NCBI GenBank assembly: GCA_928721565.1 | Contig: OV788638.1 | Location: 204,348-268,347 of the forward strand | Direction of reading: 5' to 3' | Source of the DNA: an uncultured Clostridia bacterium | GTDB lineage: Bacteria; Bacillota; Clostridia; TANB77; CAG-508 | Length of the DNA: 64,000 bases | Shown here: positions 18,198 to 28,867 of the stretch, piece after piece | Numbering within the stretch: position 1 is the stretch's first letter | Layout: the number at the start of each line of letters is the position of its first letter | Position numbers and translations under genes: made by a program | The notes under the pieces: generated by a model | The model's database searches: none | What the model was told of the DNA's origin: nothing | What the model saw: only the letters and a program-made list of their open reading frames with translations

Positions 18198-19049
18198 TTA
18201 CATTATTACTACATCCATTTCATTAGTATTATTTTCATTTCCATATGCATATATTATATACAATGCATTATCTTTTCCCATAAAATATTCTGTTACATTA
18301 TTTATATTATATGTGTCACTTGTATAATCTCTTTTATATGTTTGATATCCTAATTTATCAAGTTCATCTGACTTCTCTTGTTGGCTTTTTATCTCTTCTC
18401 TTATCTTTTGATTTGCCTCTTTTTTAGTAATTCCTTTTGTATTAAGCATATCATCAATTGTGTATTCTTTTTGGTTTGTTAAATCATAGTTATATGTCTG
18501 AATGATATCTCTTTGTGGATTCATTCCCTCTTTTAAAGTTGATCTTACAACTAATGATAAAATATTGTTTGCTACATATGCACTATAATCAACTGTATAT
18601 ATAACATTATTGCTTTGAGTATTTATAATGCTTTTGGCCTTTTTTTCAAATGTATCTTTTATTTGAGAATTAAATTCTTCTATTGTATCATTATTAATAT
18701 TAATATATGGTATATTTACTTTTAATTCATAATCATTTAGTTTTGTTTCATTATTTTTATATCCTGTATAAATGATTTCTTTGTTTGATTCTAGTTTTGA
18801 AATTTTATAACTATTATTTTCTAAATAATTAACTTTATTTTCAAATATAGTTTCAAATTCATCTTTATGTTGGTTTTTTTGATTTTCTGTTAATTGTGGT
18901 AATTTAGCGGCTTCTGCAGCATCATTTCCTTTGATTATTTGTACTACTATTGCTGATATAATTGCAATTATACATACAGCTATTATTCCTATATAAAATA
19001 TTTTTAATTTTTTATTTTTTTTGCTTTCGTCTTCTATTACTACATTCAT
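18198..19049 (-). CDS. Membrane-anchored hypothetical protein, possibly with a DUF4163/DUF3298-like (RsiV/PdaC-type) fold
   Basis: One N-terminal TM helix and an extracytoplasmic domain; QTYNYDLTNQKEYTIDDML resembles a DUF3298 segment. The assignment is weak. Confidence 0.35.
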   Translation of the reverse strand: MNVVIEDESKKNKKLKIFYIGIIAVCIIAIISAIVVQIIKGNDAAEAAKLPQLTENQKNQHKDEFETIFENKVNYLENNSYKISKLESNKEIIYTGYKNNETKLNDYELKVNIPYININNDTIEEFNSQIKDTFEKKAKSIINTQSNNVIYTVDYSAYVANNILSLVVRSTLKEGMNPQRDIIQTYNYDLTNQKEYTIDDMLNTKGITKKEANQKIREEIKSQQEKSDELDKLGYQTYKRDYTSDTYNINNVTEYFMGKDNALYIIYAYGNENNTNEMDVVIM

Positions 19050-19106
19050 ATTTTTTCCTCCGTAATTATATTTTAATATCTTTTCATAAAAAATGCAATA
19101 CTTTTA

Positions 19107-19391
19107 TTATCTTTTCATATATTTAAGTTTTGTGGCCATTCCTCCTCTTATATGTCTTTCTGCTTTATTTTCGTCTAGTATTTCTCTGACTTCTTTTGCT
19201 AGTAATGGATTTATTTTTTCAAGTCTTTCGGTTACATCTTTGTGTACTGTGCTTTTACTTATACCAAATAATTTTGCGGCTCCTCTTACTGTATCTTTAG
19301 AATCTATAATATAATGCGCCAAATTTACAGAGCGTTCTTCTATAAATTTTTTCTCCGAAATTGACGAATTGTGAAAATTTACTTTTTTCAT
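19107..19391 (-). CDS. spoIIID: Stage III sporulation transcriptional regulator SpoIIID
   Basis: FGISKSTVHKDVTERLEKINPLLAKEVREILDENKAERHIRGGMATKLKY is near-identical in pattern to Bacillus SpoIIID. Confidence 0.85.
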   Translation of the reverse strand: MKKVNFHNSSISEKKFIEERSVNLAHYIIDSKDTVRGAAKLFGISKSTVHKDVTERLEKINPLLAKEVREILDENKAERHIRGGMATKLKYMKR

Positions 19392-19476
19392 TATGAAACC
19401 CCCATATGAATACTTTTGTTTAATTGTATTCGTATGAGTAACTTATTAGAACATTTATATAAAAGTTGCCTAAGAA

Positions 19477-19515
19477 TGAAGATACTTCATGCTAAACAAA
19501 TAGCATGAAGTATCT
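19477..19515. terminator. 15-bp perfect hairpin downstream of the 81-aa gene and upstream of spoIIID
   Basis: gaagatacttcatgct - aaacaaat - agcatgaagtatctt. There is no clear U-tract, so it may be a terminator or insulator or an operator. Confidence 0.4.
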
Positions 19516-19531
19516 TTCCACCGAAATTATT

Positions 19532-19777
19532 CTAAGCAAATATTTCTTCAGTGTCTTCTGCTAAAAAGCTTTTTGCAAAGCTTTCAATCTGATTCAGAAG
19601 ATCATTGTCAGAAACGTTGCTACTTATTCGGAACTTAAATAATATTATTTGAGAACATTTTTCTCTGATTGATTTCAGTTCCTCTTTTGTTGGTGGTTTT
19701 TTGAGTTTTTCGAAGTTCTCATCAAATTTGAGAACCTCCTCGATAAGTTCCTCCTGTTGCTGTACCCATTCTGTCAT
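19532..19777 (-). CDS. Small acidic hypothetical protein (81 aa) with elevated GC and atypical codon usage
   Basis: An ORF of about 36 % GC in a roughly 27 % GC background, using ctc/ctg/agc codons that are rare elsewhere. It is followed by a strong hairpin. Confidence 0.4.
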   Translation of the reverse strand: MTEWVQQQEELIEEVLKFDENFEKLKKPPTKEELKSIREKCSQIILFKFRISSNVSDNDLLNQIESFAKSFLAEDTEEIFA

Positions 19778-19883
19778 TTTCTTATCCTCCTATATATTTA
19801 TTAACTCATTATTATTATATCATGTTTTTATATTACTTTCAATATTTTTACTATTTTTGTAAATTTTTTCATATTTTTTCCAA

Positions 19884-21668
19884 TCATTTTAATCTTAAAT
19901 AACCTAGCTCTTCCCACATATTATAAGCTAAATTTAATCTAAACAATACTTTAGGCTTTGCTCCTGCTCTATTTTTATCAACAACACATGCATAGTATCT
20001 TACATCTGGATCTTTATATTTTTTCAAATCAAAAAATTCGGTATCAACTTCTTCTAGTGAATACTGATATTTGTCTAAATCCTCATTATGTATTTGTTTA
20101 ATTAAGCATAATGTATCTAATACTTCCTTTACTGTTCTACTTACAGCCAAATCATTAATACTTAAATTAATAGGCAATGTACTGCTCTCTGTTAATTGCA
20201 AAGATGATGCAATAAAAATATTCAAATTTTGTGCTAAATTAGAAAGAATAGTTGCAGTCTTTTTTAACTCTTCTCCATTTCCTATATTTTCTGTGTCTGT
20301 TTTTAATGTATCATAAAACATATATTCAATCTTTTCTTTGTAGTAATAATTTAAAATAACTTTTTCTAATTCATCATTTGTATGGTTTGTAATATTTACA
20401 AAATATATTGAATTTTTTATTTGTTTGTCTATCCATTGGGTAACTGCTACTGTCTTTCTAAAGTCCTCTGATATTTCCATTAGTCTTTTTGCAAATTTAC
20501 TCTGAGTTTCATTTTCATTTTTCAACACATAACCATTTTCATCTACTTTAACATCAATACCAGAATCTGGCTTAAACTTAAACTCTAATAATTCTCCCTC
20601 TGTTTTTATTATATCCTGTCCATGTAACTTTTGAATTTCTTTATTATTTAAAACAGTTGTTATTAGACATAATTTCATTTTTTCTTCTGACATTTCATTA
20701 GATATTATTAAAACTTTTTTATGATGTATAAATGCTAAATGCGCAGCTAAGTTTATAGTAAATCTACTCTTTCCTGAGTTTGATGGCATTGCATATGCCA
20801 TTGTTTCTCCTTTTCTTAATCCTTTAAAAACACTACTTAGTATAGGAAATGGTAGTTCTACTCCTGTTGTTAGACTATTATCTCCTGTTAATAAAAAGTC
20901 TGTAATATGACTGCTCAATACTGCTCTTTTAAATTTTTCCGTAGTTGTTATTTGTACAATTGCATCTTTTACTTCTTCAATTGTCATTTGGTCATATAAT
21001 TCATATTTTAAAATATCTACAATTTTTTCTTGAGTTTCTTTTATTGGGTTTGCTAAATAACTTTTTCTTATCTCAAATAATTTTCTTAATTCTACATATG
21101 TTTTTTCAAAACTATAATTAGCTTTTTTTACTTTTTCTTTTAATTCAGTTTTTTGTTGATATGTTTCTGGGCCTTCTTTTGCAAAATTAAATTCATTTTT
21201 TGCAATTTGTGGTGCATATGCTTGTCCTTCTGTAAATAACACACTTTTATATAAGTTTAATAATTTATCACTTTTAAAATAACAGTCTTCATGTAATATA
21301 TAATACATTGATATAGCCTTTGGATTTTCTAATAAAAGTCCTATATATATTTCTTCTAATTCTTCATCACATAATTCTTTTGGATAAATGCTGTCATCTT
21401 CTTTTTGATTTCTTTCTTCTATGTCTTTAGGAACAATATCTTCTTTAAACAATTCCTCATCTGCTTCTTCTTTAATTTCATCGATAAGAGAAAAATTTTT
21501 TAGTTTTATTTTTCCTTCTTGTCTTAGCTGATTTAATATACTTATCGCTTTTGTATAATCAGCTTTTTCAATCATATTTTTTATTTGTTTAATTTGTTCT
21601 TTGTTTTCTTCTGTAACTTCGATTTTTTCTATTAAATCGATTAAGTTATCTATTCCACTGTTTTTCAT
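19884..21668 (-). CDS. Divergent DnaB-family helicase-like protein (DnaB N-terminal domain plus RecA-like C-terminal domain), 594 aa
   Basis: EELEEIYIGLLLENPKAISMYYILHEDCYF is the DnaB N-domain motif. Walker A is AMPSNSGKS. IFIASSLQLTES resembles H4. The C-terminal YACVVDKNRAGAKPKVLFRL resembles the DnaB IAKNRNGPTG tail. Confidence 0.55.
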   Translation of the reverse strand: MKNSGIDNLIDLIEKIEVTEENKEQIKQIKNMIEKADYTKAISILNQLRQEGKIKLKNFSLIDEIKEEADEELFKEDIVPKDIEERNQKEDDSIYPKELCDEELEEIYIGLLLENPKAISMYYILHEDCYFKSDKLLNLYKSVLFTEGQAYAPQIAKNEFNFAKEGPETYQQKTELKEKVKKANYSFEKTYVELRKLFEIRKSYLANPIKETQEKIVDILKYELYDQMTIEEVKDAIVQITTTEKFKRAVLSSHITDFLLTGDNSLTTGVELPFPILSSVFKGLRKGETMAYAMPSNSGKSRFTINLAAHLAFIHHKKVLIISNEMSEEKMKLCLITTVLNNKEIQKLHGQDIIKTEGELLEFKFKPDSGIDVKVDENGYVLKNENETQSKFAKRLMEISEDFRKTVAVTQWIDKQIKNSIYFVNITNHTNDELEKVILNYYYKEKIEYMFYDTLKTDTENIGNGEELKKTATILSNLAQNLNIFIASSLQLTESSTLPINLSINDLAVSRTVKEVLDTLCLIKQIHNEDLDKYQYSLEEVDTEFFDLKKYKDPDVRYYACVVDKNRAGAKPKVLFRLNLAYNMWEELGYLRLK

Positions 21669-21731
21669 ATATTATTCTTCCTTTCTTCTGTACACATATC
21701 AATTTTAGTATACACATTTTTCTTTCTATTT

Positions 21732-22382
21732 TCAAGATAAATATAAAATATTCTCTAATATTTCTTTTTCTGATGCTACAAGTATTGCTCCGTCTTTTAT
21801 TAATTCATTACATCCTTCACTTTCTGTTCTTGTTATATCTCCTGGAACTGCAAAAACCTCTTTACCTTGTTCTAATGCAAAGTCAGCGGTTATTAATGCT
21901 CCGCTTTTTTTAGTTGCTTCTACAACTAGCACACCATTTGATAACCCACTTATTATTCTATTTCTTTGTGGAAAATATTGTTTTTGTGGCATTGTTCCTA
22001 TTGGGTATTCCGAAATTATGCATCCACCATTTTTTACTATTTTTCTGGCTAACTCAATATTTTCTTTAGGATATATTTTATCAATTCCGCTTCCTAATAC
22101 AGCAATAGTTCCTCCTTCTAATGCTCCAAGATGTGCATATGTATCAATCCCTAATGCCAATCCACTTATTATCACAACTCCTTTTTTATTTAATTCTTTT
22201 GAAATATTATAAGCTATTTTTCTGCCATATATAGTGGATTTTCTAGCTCCAACAATTGCAACACTTTTTTTATATAATAATTCTTTATTTCCTAATATAT
22301 ATATTTTTGCTGGTGGATCATATATTTGTTTCAATTTGTTTGGATATTCTTTTAAGTTTTTTGTTAGTTCTTCTATTCTCAT
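21732..22382 (-). CDS. dprA: DNA processing protein DprA/Smf; short form with the Rossmann domain only
   Basis: VAIVGARKSTIYGRKIAYNISKELNKKGVVIISGLALGIDTYAH...GDITRTESEGCNELIKDGA. At 216 aa it lacks the N-terminal SAM domain and C-terminal DML1 domain of long DprAs. Confidence 0.8.
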   Translation of the reverse strand: MRIEELTKNLKEYPNKLKQIYDPPAKIYILGNKELLYKKSVAIVGARKSTIYGRKIAYNISKELNKKGVVIISGLALGIDTYAHLGALEGGTIAVLGSGIDKIYPKENIELARKIVKNGGCIISEYPIGTMPQKQYFPQRNRIISGLSNGVLVVEATKKSGALITADFALEQGKEVFAVPGDITRTESEGCNELIKDGAILVASEKEILENILYLS

Positions 22383-22454
22383 ATTTTATTTCCTTTCTTA
22401 TAAATGCAAAAGGCACTATAGATAAATAATTTATCTATATGTGCCCCCTTAAAC

Positions 22455-23306
22455 TTATATATTATTTAAATTTGATGTTGCAGCTTTAATTACGTTATTC
22501 ATTAGCATTGCTATAGTCATAGGACCAACTCCTCCAGGAACTGGTGTTATATAACTTGCTTTTTGACTAACATCTATAAAGTCTACATCTCCTACTATTT
22601 TTCCTTCTTCATTTCTGTTAATTCCTATATCTATTACAACTGCTCCTTGTTTTATCATGTCTTTTTTTAGAAATTTTGCTTTTCCAATTGCAACCATAAC
22701 TACATCCGCTTCTTTTGTGTATTTTCTTATTTCTTTTGTCTTTGAATGGCAAACTGTCACTGTTGCATTTTTATTTAAGCAACATTGTATTAGTGGCTTC
22801 CCAACAATATTACTTCTTCCTAGGATAGTAACATTTTTTCCTTCTAAATCAATATTATATGCTTCTAGCATTTTCATTATTCCATATGGTGTGCATGAAA
22901 CAAATGTATCTTGGTTTAAACATAGTTTTCCAACATTTACTGGATTAAACCCATCTACATCTTTTTCTGGTGCAATTGTTCTAAATGCTTCATTTATATC
23001 TAAATGTCCTGGAATAGGACTTTGTAATAATATTCCATGAATTGAATTATCGTTATTTAATTTTTTTATTTGACTTATTAATTCTTCTTGTTTTGTGTTT
23101 TCATCTAATAAGTATTCAACAAATTCAATTCCTATTTGCTCTGCTGCTTTGCTTTTATTTTTTACATAAATTTGTGATGCTTTATTGTTTCCTACCATTA
23201 TTACTGCAAATTTAGGATTAATTCCTTTTTCTTTTAATTCTTCACACTTTATTTTTAGATCTGCTCTAATATCTTTTGATAGTTTTTTGCCGTCTATTAT
23301 CTCCAT
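22455..23306 (-). CDS. folD: Bifunctional methylenetetrahydrofolate dehydrogenase/cyclohydrolase FolD
   Basis: PGGVGPMT motif, N-terminal substrate-binding region and NAD(P) Rossmann fold. Confidence 0.9.
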   Translation of the reverse strand: MEIIDGKKLSKDIRADLKIKCEELKEKGINPKFAVIMVGNNKASQIYVKNKSKAAEQIGIEFVEYLLDENTKQEELISQIKKLNNDNSIHGILLQSPIPGHLDINEAFRTIAPEKDVDGFNPVNVGKLCLNQDTFVSCTPYGIMKMLEAYNIDLEGKNVTILGRSNIVGKPLIQCCLNKNATVTVCHSKTKEIRKYTKEADVVMVAIGKAKFLKKDMIKQGAVVIDIGINRNEEGKIVGDVDFIDVSQKASYITPVPGGVGPMTIAMLMNNVIKAATSNLNNI

Positions 23307-23309
23307 CTT

Positions 23310-23549
23310 TTATTCTCCTGTAATTTTATATTCAATATCTTCCATGTGAGGAAAGATTTCTTTAACTCTTTTCAATGTCAGCATTGTCATTCTTGGCTGT
23401 GGATTTTTAGGATTATCAGTTATTAATTTTTGTGTGTAACAATTTTTAGCTGTTTTAAACAAAACATATCTATTTCTTATATATGTGTAATATATTTGAT
23501 ATCCATTTTTTAAATCTAACCACATGTCTTCAAATGTATAGTTTTCCAT
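23310..23549 (-). CDS. Hypothetical small protein (79 aa)
   Basis: An ORF tightly packed between ligA and folD. No recognisable motif. Confidence 0.35.
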   Translation of the reverse strand: MENYTFEDMWLDLKNGYQIYYTYIRNRYVLFKTAKNCYTQKLITDNPKNPQPRMTMLTLKRVKEIFPHMEDIEYKITGE

Positions 23550-23563
23550 TCTTTCTCCCTTCT

Positions 23564-25591
<2,028 letters not shown>

Positions 25592-25645
25592 CTATTAATA
25601 TCAAAAAAAGAAGACATGCTTTTTTAACATGTCCTCCTTGATTTT

Positions 25646-26305
25646 TTATACATCTGCTTTTGCTAATATTATTGTTCTTGCTTTACTATCATCTGTACAT
25701 GTTGTTAATGATATTTCAATTGCACCTTGTGTATCTCTTGTTATATAATCTGATTCATTTTCTGCTGCCTCAAATTTATTATATATAGTATATGCAAGTC
25801 TCTTGCCTGTAGAATCTGTAATATATATTTTATCTCCTACATTTAATTTTTTATTATTTGAGAAAAATAATCCATTTCTGTAATTGTGTCCTGCTATTGT
25901 TGTATTTCCTGGTTGGTTTAGTCCAACACCATATAATATAACTACAGATGTTTCTAGTGCTTTTGGTGAATATTCATATTGCTCTAATATAGGGCATTTT
26001 AAATTTGTTGCTGGTATCTCTATTGTTCCAGCTACATCAAAACCATTGTATTTTTTCTTTTTGCCATTTGTTGAGTCTGTGCCATCACCTTCATCAACTC
26101 CATCAAATTTAACATCGTTTGTACCATTGTCATTAGAATCTGCAAGTCCATCTCCAAATGAATCAACAAAGTCTTCTGAACTATTTTTAGTTATATATGT
26201 TTCATAATATTTGTATCCTAATACACCTATAATAGCTATTATTGCTATTACAATTACTACTAAAAGTATTGTTAAAAAATTACTATATTTTTTACTCATA
26301 TGCAA
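25646..26305 (-). CDS. Sortase-family transpeptidase (class B-like)
   Basis: An N-terminal TM anchor, the catalytic His context AGHNYRNGLFF and ISLTTCTDD (the TLxTC motif). Confidence 0.75.
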   Translation of the reverse strand: MHMSKKYSNFLTILLVVIVIAIIAIIGVLGYKYYETYITKNSSEDFVDSFGDGLADSNDNGTNDVKFDGVDEGDGTDSTNGKKKKYNGFDVAGTIEIPATNLKCPILEQYEYSPKALETSVVILYGVGLNQPGNTTIAGHNYRNGLFFSNNKKLNVGDKIYITDSTGKRLAYTIYNKFEAAENESDYITRDTQGAIEISLTTCTDDSKARTIILAKADV

Positions 26306-26366
26306 ATACCTCCATTTTTTCCTTATAAATCTATTATAGCATATAATTATAAAAAATGGTAGCCTT

Positions 26367-26714
26367 TTATACTATTTTTTCTCCCAATTGTTTTCCTGCT
26401 AATAAATGGAAGTGTAAATGTCCTACTTCTTGTCCTCCGTCTTTTCCACAGTTCACTATTACTCTATATCCCTTTTCTTTAAATCCCTGCTTTTCAGCAA
26501 TTTCATTTATAACTTTATAAATTTTACTAATTATTTTTTCATCTCCATCTTCCATATCTGCTAATGATGCTATATGTTTTTTAGGTATTACTAGTACATG
26601 TATTGGTGCTGCAGGATTTATATCTTTAAATGCTAATACTTCTTCATCTTCATATACTTTACTTGATGGAATTTCTCCTTTTATTATTTTACAAAATAAA
26701 CAATTCTCATCCAT
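26367..26714 (-). CDS. HIT-family (histidine triad) nucleotide hydrolase
   Basis: HLHFHLL is the HxHxHxx motif. Confidence 0.85.
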   Translation of the reverse strand: MDENCLFCKIIKGEIPSSKVYEDEEVLAFKDINPAAPIHVLVIPKKHIASLADMEDGDEKIISKIYKVINEIAEKQGFKEKGYRVIVNCGKDGGQEVGHLHFHLLAGKQLGEKIV

Positions 26715-26729
26715 ATTTTTTCTCCTTTA

Positions 26730-28484
26730 TTAATCTAATATAGCTTTAATTCTTCTAACACCTGATGAACTAGATTCTTCTTTCTTTATTTTAAAATGGC
26801 CTAATTCAGATGTGTTATGTACATGAGGACCTCCACATAATTCTATTGACTTATCCCCTATTTTATATACAGAAACTATATCTCCATATTTTTCAATAAA
26901 CATTGCTTCTGCTCCAAGTCTTATTGCTTCATCTTTTTTCATTTCTAAGTGTTCTACTGGAATTGCTTCTTTTATCCATTCATTTACTAAATCCTCTGTT
27001 GCTTTTTTCTCTTCGTCTGTCATTTTAGCAGGATGTGAAAAGTCAAATCTCATTCTTTCTGCTGTTATATTACTACCTCTTTGATGAACATGTGAGCCTA
27101 GTACTTGTTTCAATGCTGCATTTAATAAATGTGTTGCTGTATGATATTTTGTTTCCATCTCTCCTGTTGATGCTAATCCTCCTTTGAATTTTTGCTCTGC
27201 TCCAGCTCTTGATTTTTCTTGATGTTCTTTAAATAGTTTTGTAAATCCCTCTTTATCAATTTTCATTCCATTCTCGGCAGCTAATTCTTCAGTAACTTCT
27301 GGTGGAAATCCATATGTATCATATAGCCTAAATACTATTTTTCCTGGTACAATATTTTTATTTTGTTGTTTTACAGTGTCTATTTCTTTTGAAAATTCTT
27401 TTTCACCTTTTACAAGTGTTTTTACAAACTTATCTTTTTCTTCTATTATTACTGTTTTTATTGTTTCTTTATTTGTTTCAAGTGCAGGATACATTTCTTT
27501 TAAGTTTTCCACATTCAAGTCTATTAATGTTACTAATTCATCTAATGATATTTGTAATTTATTCATATGTCTAACCATTCTACGTATTAGTCTTCTTAAT
27601 ACATATCCTCTATCTACATTACTTGGTCTTCCACCATCACATATTATCATCATACTTGAACGTAAATGTTCTGCAACAATTCTTCTACTTGCAATATTAT
27701 CTACTTTTTGTAAATCTACTAGTTTATCCATTATTGGTGCAAATAATTCAGTTTCAAATGGTGTTTCTTTTCCTTGTAATAACATTGCCATTCTTTCTAA
27801 TCCCAATCCTGTATCTACATTATGTTGTTTTAGTTTTGAGTATTCTCCATTTTCATCTTTATAAAATTCCATGAATACATTATTCCAAATTTCAACATAT
27901 TTTCCACATCCACATGATGGATTACATTCTGGTGAACACTTTGGTTTTCCAGTATCATAAAACATTTCTGTATCTGGTCCACATGGTCCTGTTTCCCCTG
28001 CTATCCACCAGTTATCATCTTTTCCAAAATAATATATTCTTTCTTCTGGAATTCCTGCTTTTTTCCAACATTCTGCTGTTAATGTATCTCTAGAACAATC
28101 TTTGTCTCCTTCAAAGCATGTTACAGATATTTTTTCTGCTGGTATTCCTAATTCTTTTGTTAAGAATTCATAACTCATTTGAATTGATTCTTCTCTAAAA
28201 TAATCCCCTAATGACCAGTTTCCAAGCATCTCAAAATATGTTAGATGGCGATTATCTCCAACTTCGTCAATATCATTTGTTCTAACACATTTTTGATAAT
28301 CTGTTAATCTTGTTCCTGCAGGGTGCTTTTCCCCTAGCAAATATGGTTCTAATGGTTGCATACCTGCTGTTGTAAATAATACTGATGGATCATTTTCTGG
28401 AATTAATGATGCTGAAGGTATTACTGCATGTCCATGTTTTTTAAAAAATTCTAAATATTTATTTCTTATTTCTATTGCTTTCAT
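26730..28484 (-). CDS. alaS: Alanine--tRNA ligase, compact form (584 aa) that ends after the editing domain and lacks C-Ala
   Basis: Class II AlaRS N-terminus (HAVIPSASLIPENDPSVLFTTAGM, WWIAGETGPCGPDTEMFYD). The editing motifs HTATHLL and CGGPHV are present. The ORF stops at GVRRIKAILD, which corresponds to about residue 740 of an 876-aa AlaRS. Confidence 0.75.
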   Translation of the reverse strand: MKAIEIRNKYLEFFKKHGHAVIPSASLIPENDPSVLFTTAGMQPLEPYLLGEKHPAGTRLTDYQKCVRTNDIDEVGDNRHLTYFEMLGNWSLGDYFREESIQMSYEFLTKELGIPAEKISVTCFEGDKDCSRDTLTAECWKKAGIPEERIYYFGKDDNWWIAGETGPCGPDTEMFYDTGKPKCSPECNPSCGCGKYVEIWNNVFMEFYKDENGEYSKLKQHNVDTGLGLERMAMLLQGKETPFETELFAPIMDKLVDLQKVDNIASRRIVAEHLRSSMMIICDGGRPSNVDRGYVLRRLIRRMVRHMNKLQISLDELVTLIDLNVENLKEMYPALETNKETIKTVIIEEKDKFVKTLVKGEKEFSKEIDTVKQQNKNIVPGKIVFRLYDTYGFPPEVTEELAAENGMKIDKEGFTKLFKEHQEKSRAGAEQKFKGGLASTGEMETKYHTATHLLNAALKQVLGSHVHQRGSNITAERMRFDFSHPAKMTDEEKKATEDLVNEWIKEAIPVEHLEMKKDEAIRLGAEAMFIEKYGDIVSVYKIGDKSIELCGGPHVHNTSELGHFKIKKEESSSSGVRRIKAILD

Positions 28485-28570
28485 TTCGTTCTATCCTTTC
28501 TCTCTTAAAGTTTCCCATAAATTATACTTCATTTTATGCTTAAAATCAAGTATTTAGAGCAAAAAAAGAA

Positions 28571-28588
28571 GAGAGCCATTTGGCTCTC
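28571..28588 (-). terminator. Rho-independent terminator of the small ORF 28598..28768
   Basis: gagagcc-attt-ggctctc is followed on the minus strand by ttcttttttt. Confidence 0.6.
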
Positions 28589-28597
28589 ATTTACAAC

Positions 28598-28768
28598 TTA
28601 TCTAGAACGTCGATTGGTATAGATTAAATCACCAGCTTCGTTAAATCTGTTAACAATCTTTTCTCCTGTCAAAACATTCCGCCATACAATTCTGGCAATC
28701 ATTTTATTAGGATACAGCAATTTAGCATTCTCATCTTCTACCCATCCTTTTGACATTCCATTGTTCAT
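28598..28768 (-). CDS. Small hypothetical protein (56 aa), absent from the ORF track
   Basis: AGGAGG lies 8 nt upstream of an ATG. The product is MNNGMSKGWVEDENAKLLYPNKMIARIVWRNVLTGEKIVNRFNEAGDLIYTNRRSR. It has its own terminator and about 37 % GC. Confidence 0.4.
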   Translation of the reverse strand: MNNGMSKGWVEDENAKLLYPNKMIARIVWRNVLTGEKIVNRFNEAGDLIYTNRRSR

Positions 28769-28867
28769 AATATAAGTCCTCCTAAATTGTATTTCATACT
28801 ATATTATAACACTTATCTACATAAATCTCAACTTTTATTATAAAAATGCTAAAACCATATATGAAAA

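Noticed and set aside
19107-22382. A possible prophage, suggested by the DnaB-like helicase
   Set aside because: No integrase, terminase, capsid or other phage genes are adjacent. The flanking genes (spoIIID, dprA, folD, ligA) are core. I treat it as a helicase paralog and flag it for checking.
26730-28484. alaS as a frameshifted pseudogene
   Set aside because: The ORF terminates exactly at the natural end of the editing domain with an intact motif set, and a small independent gene with its own RBS follows. A truncation artefact cannot be excluded without reads, so it is reported as a finding rather than a pseudogene.
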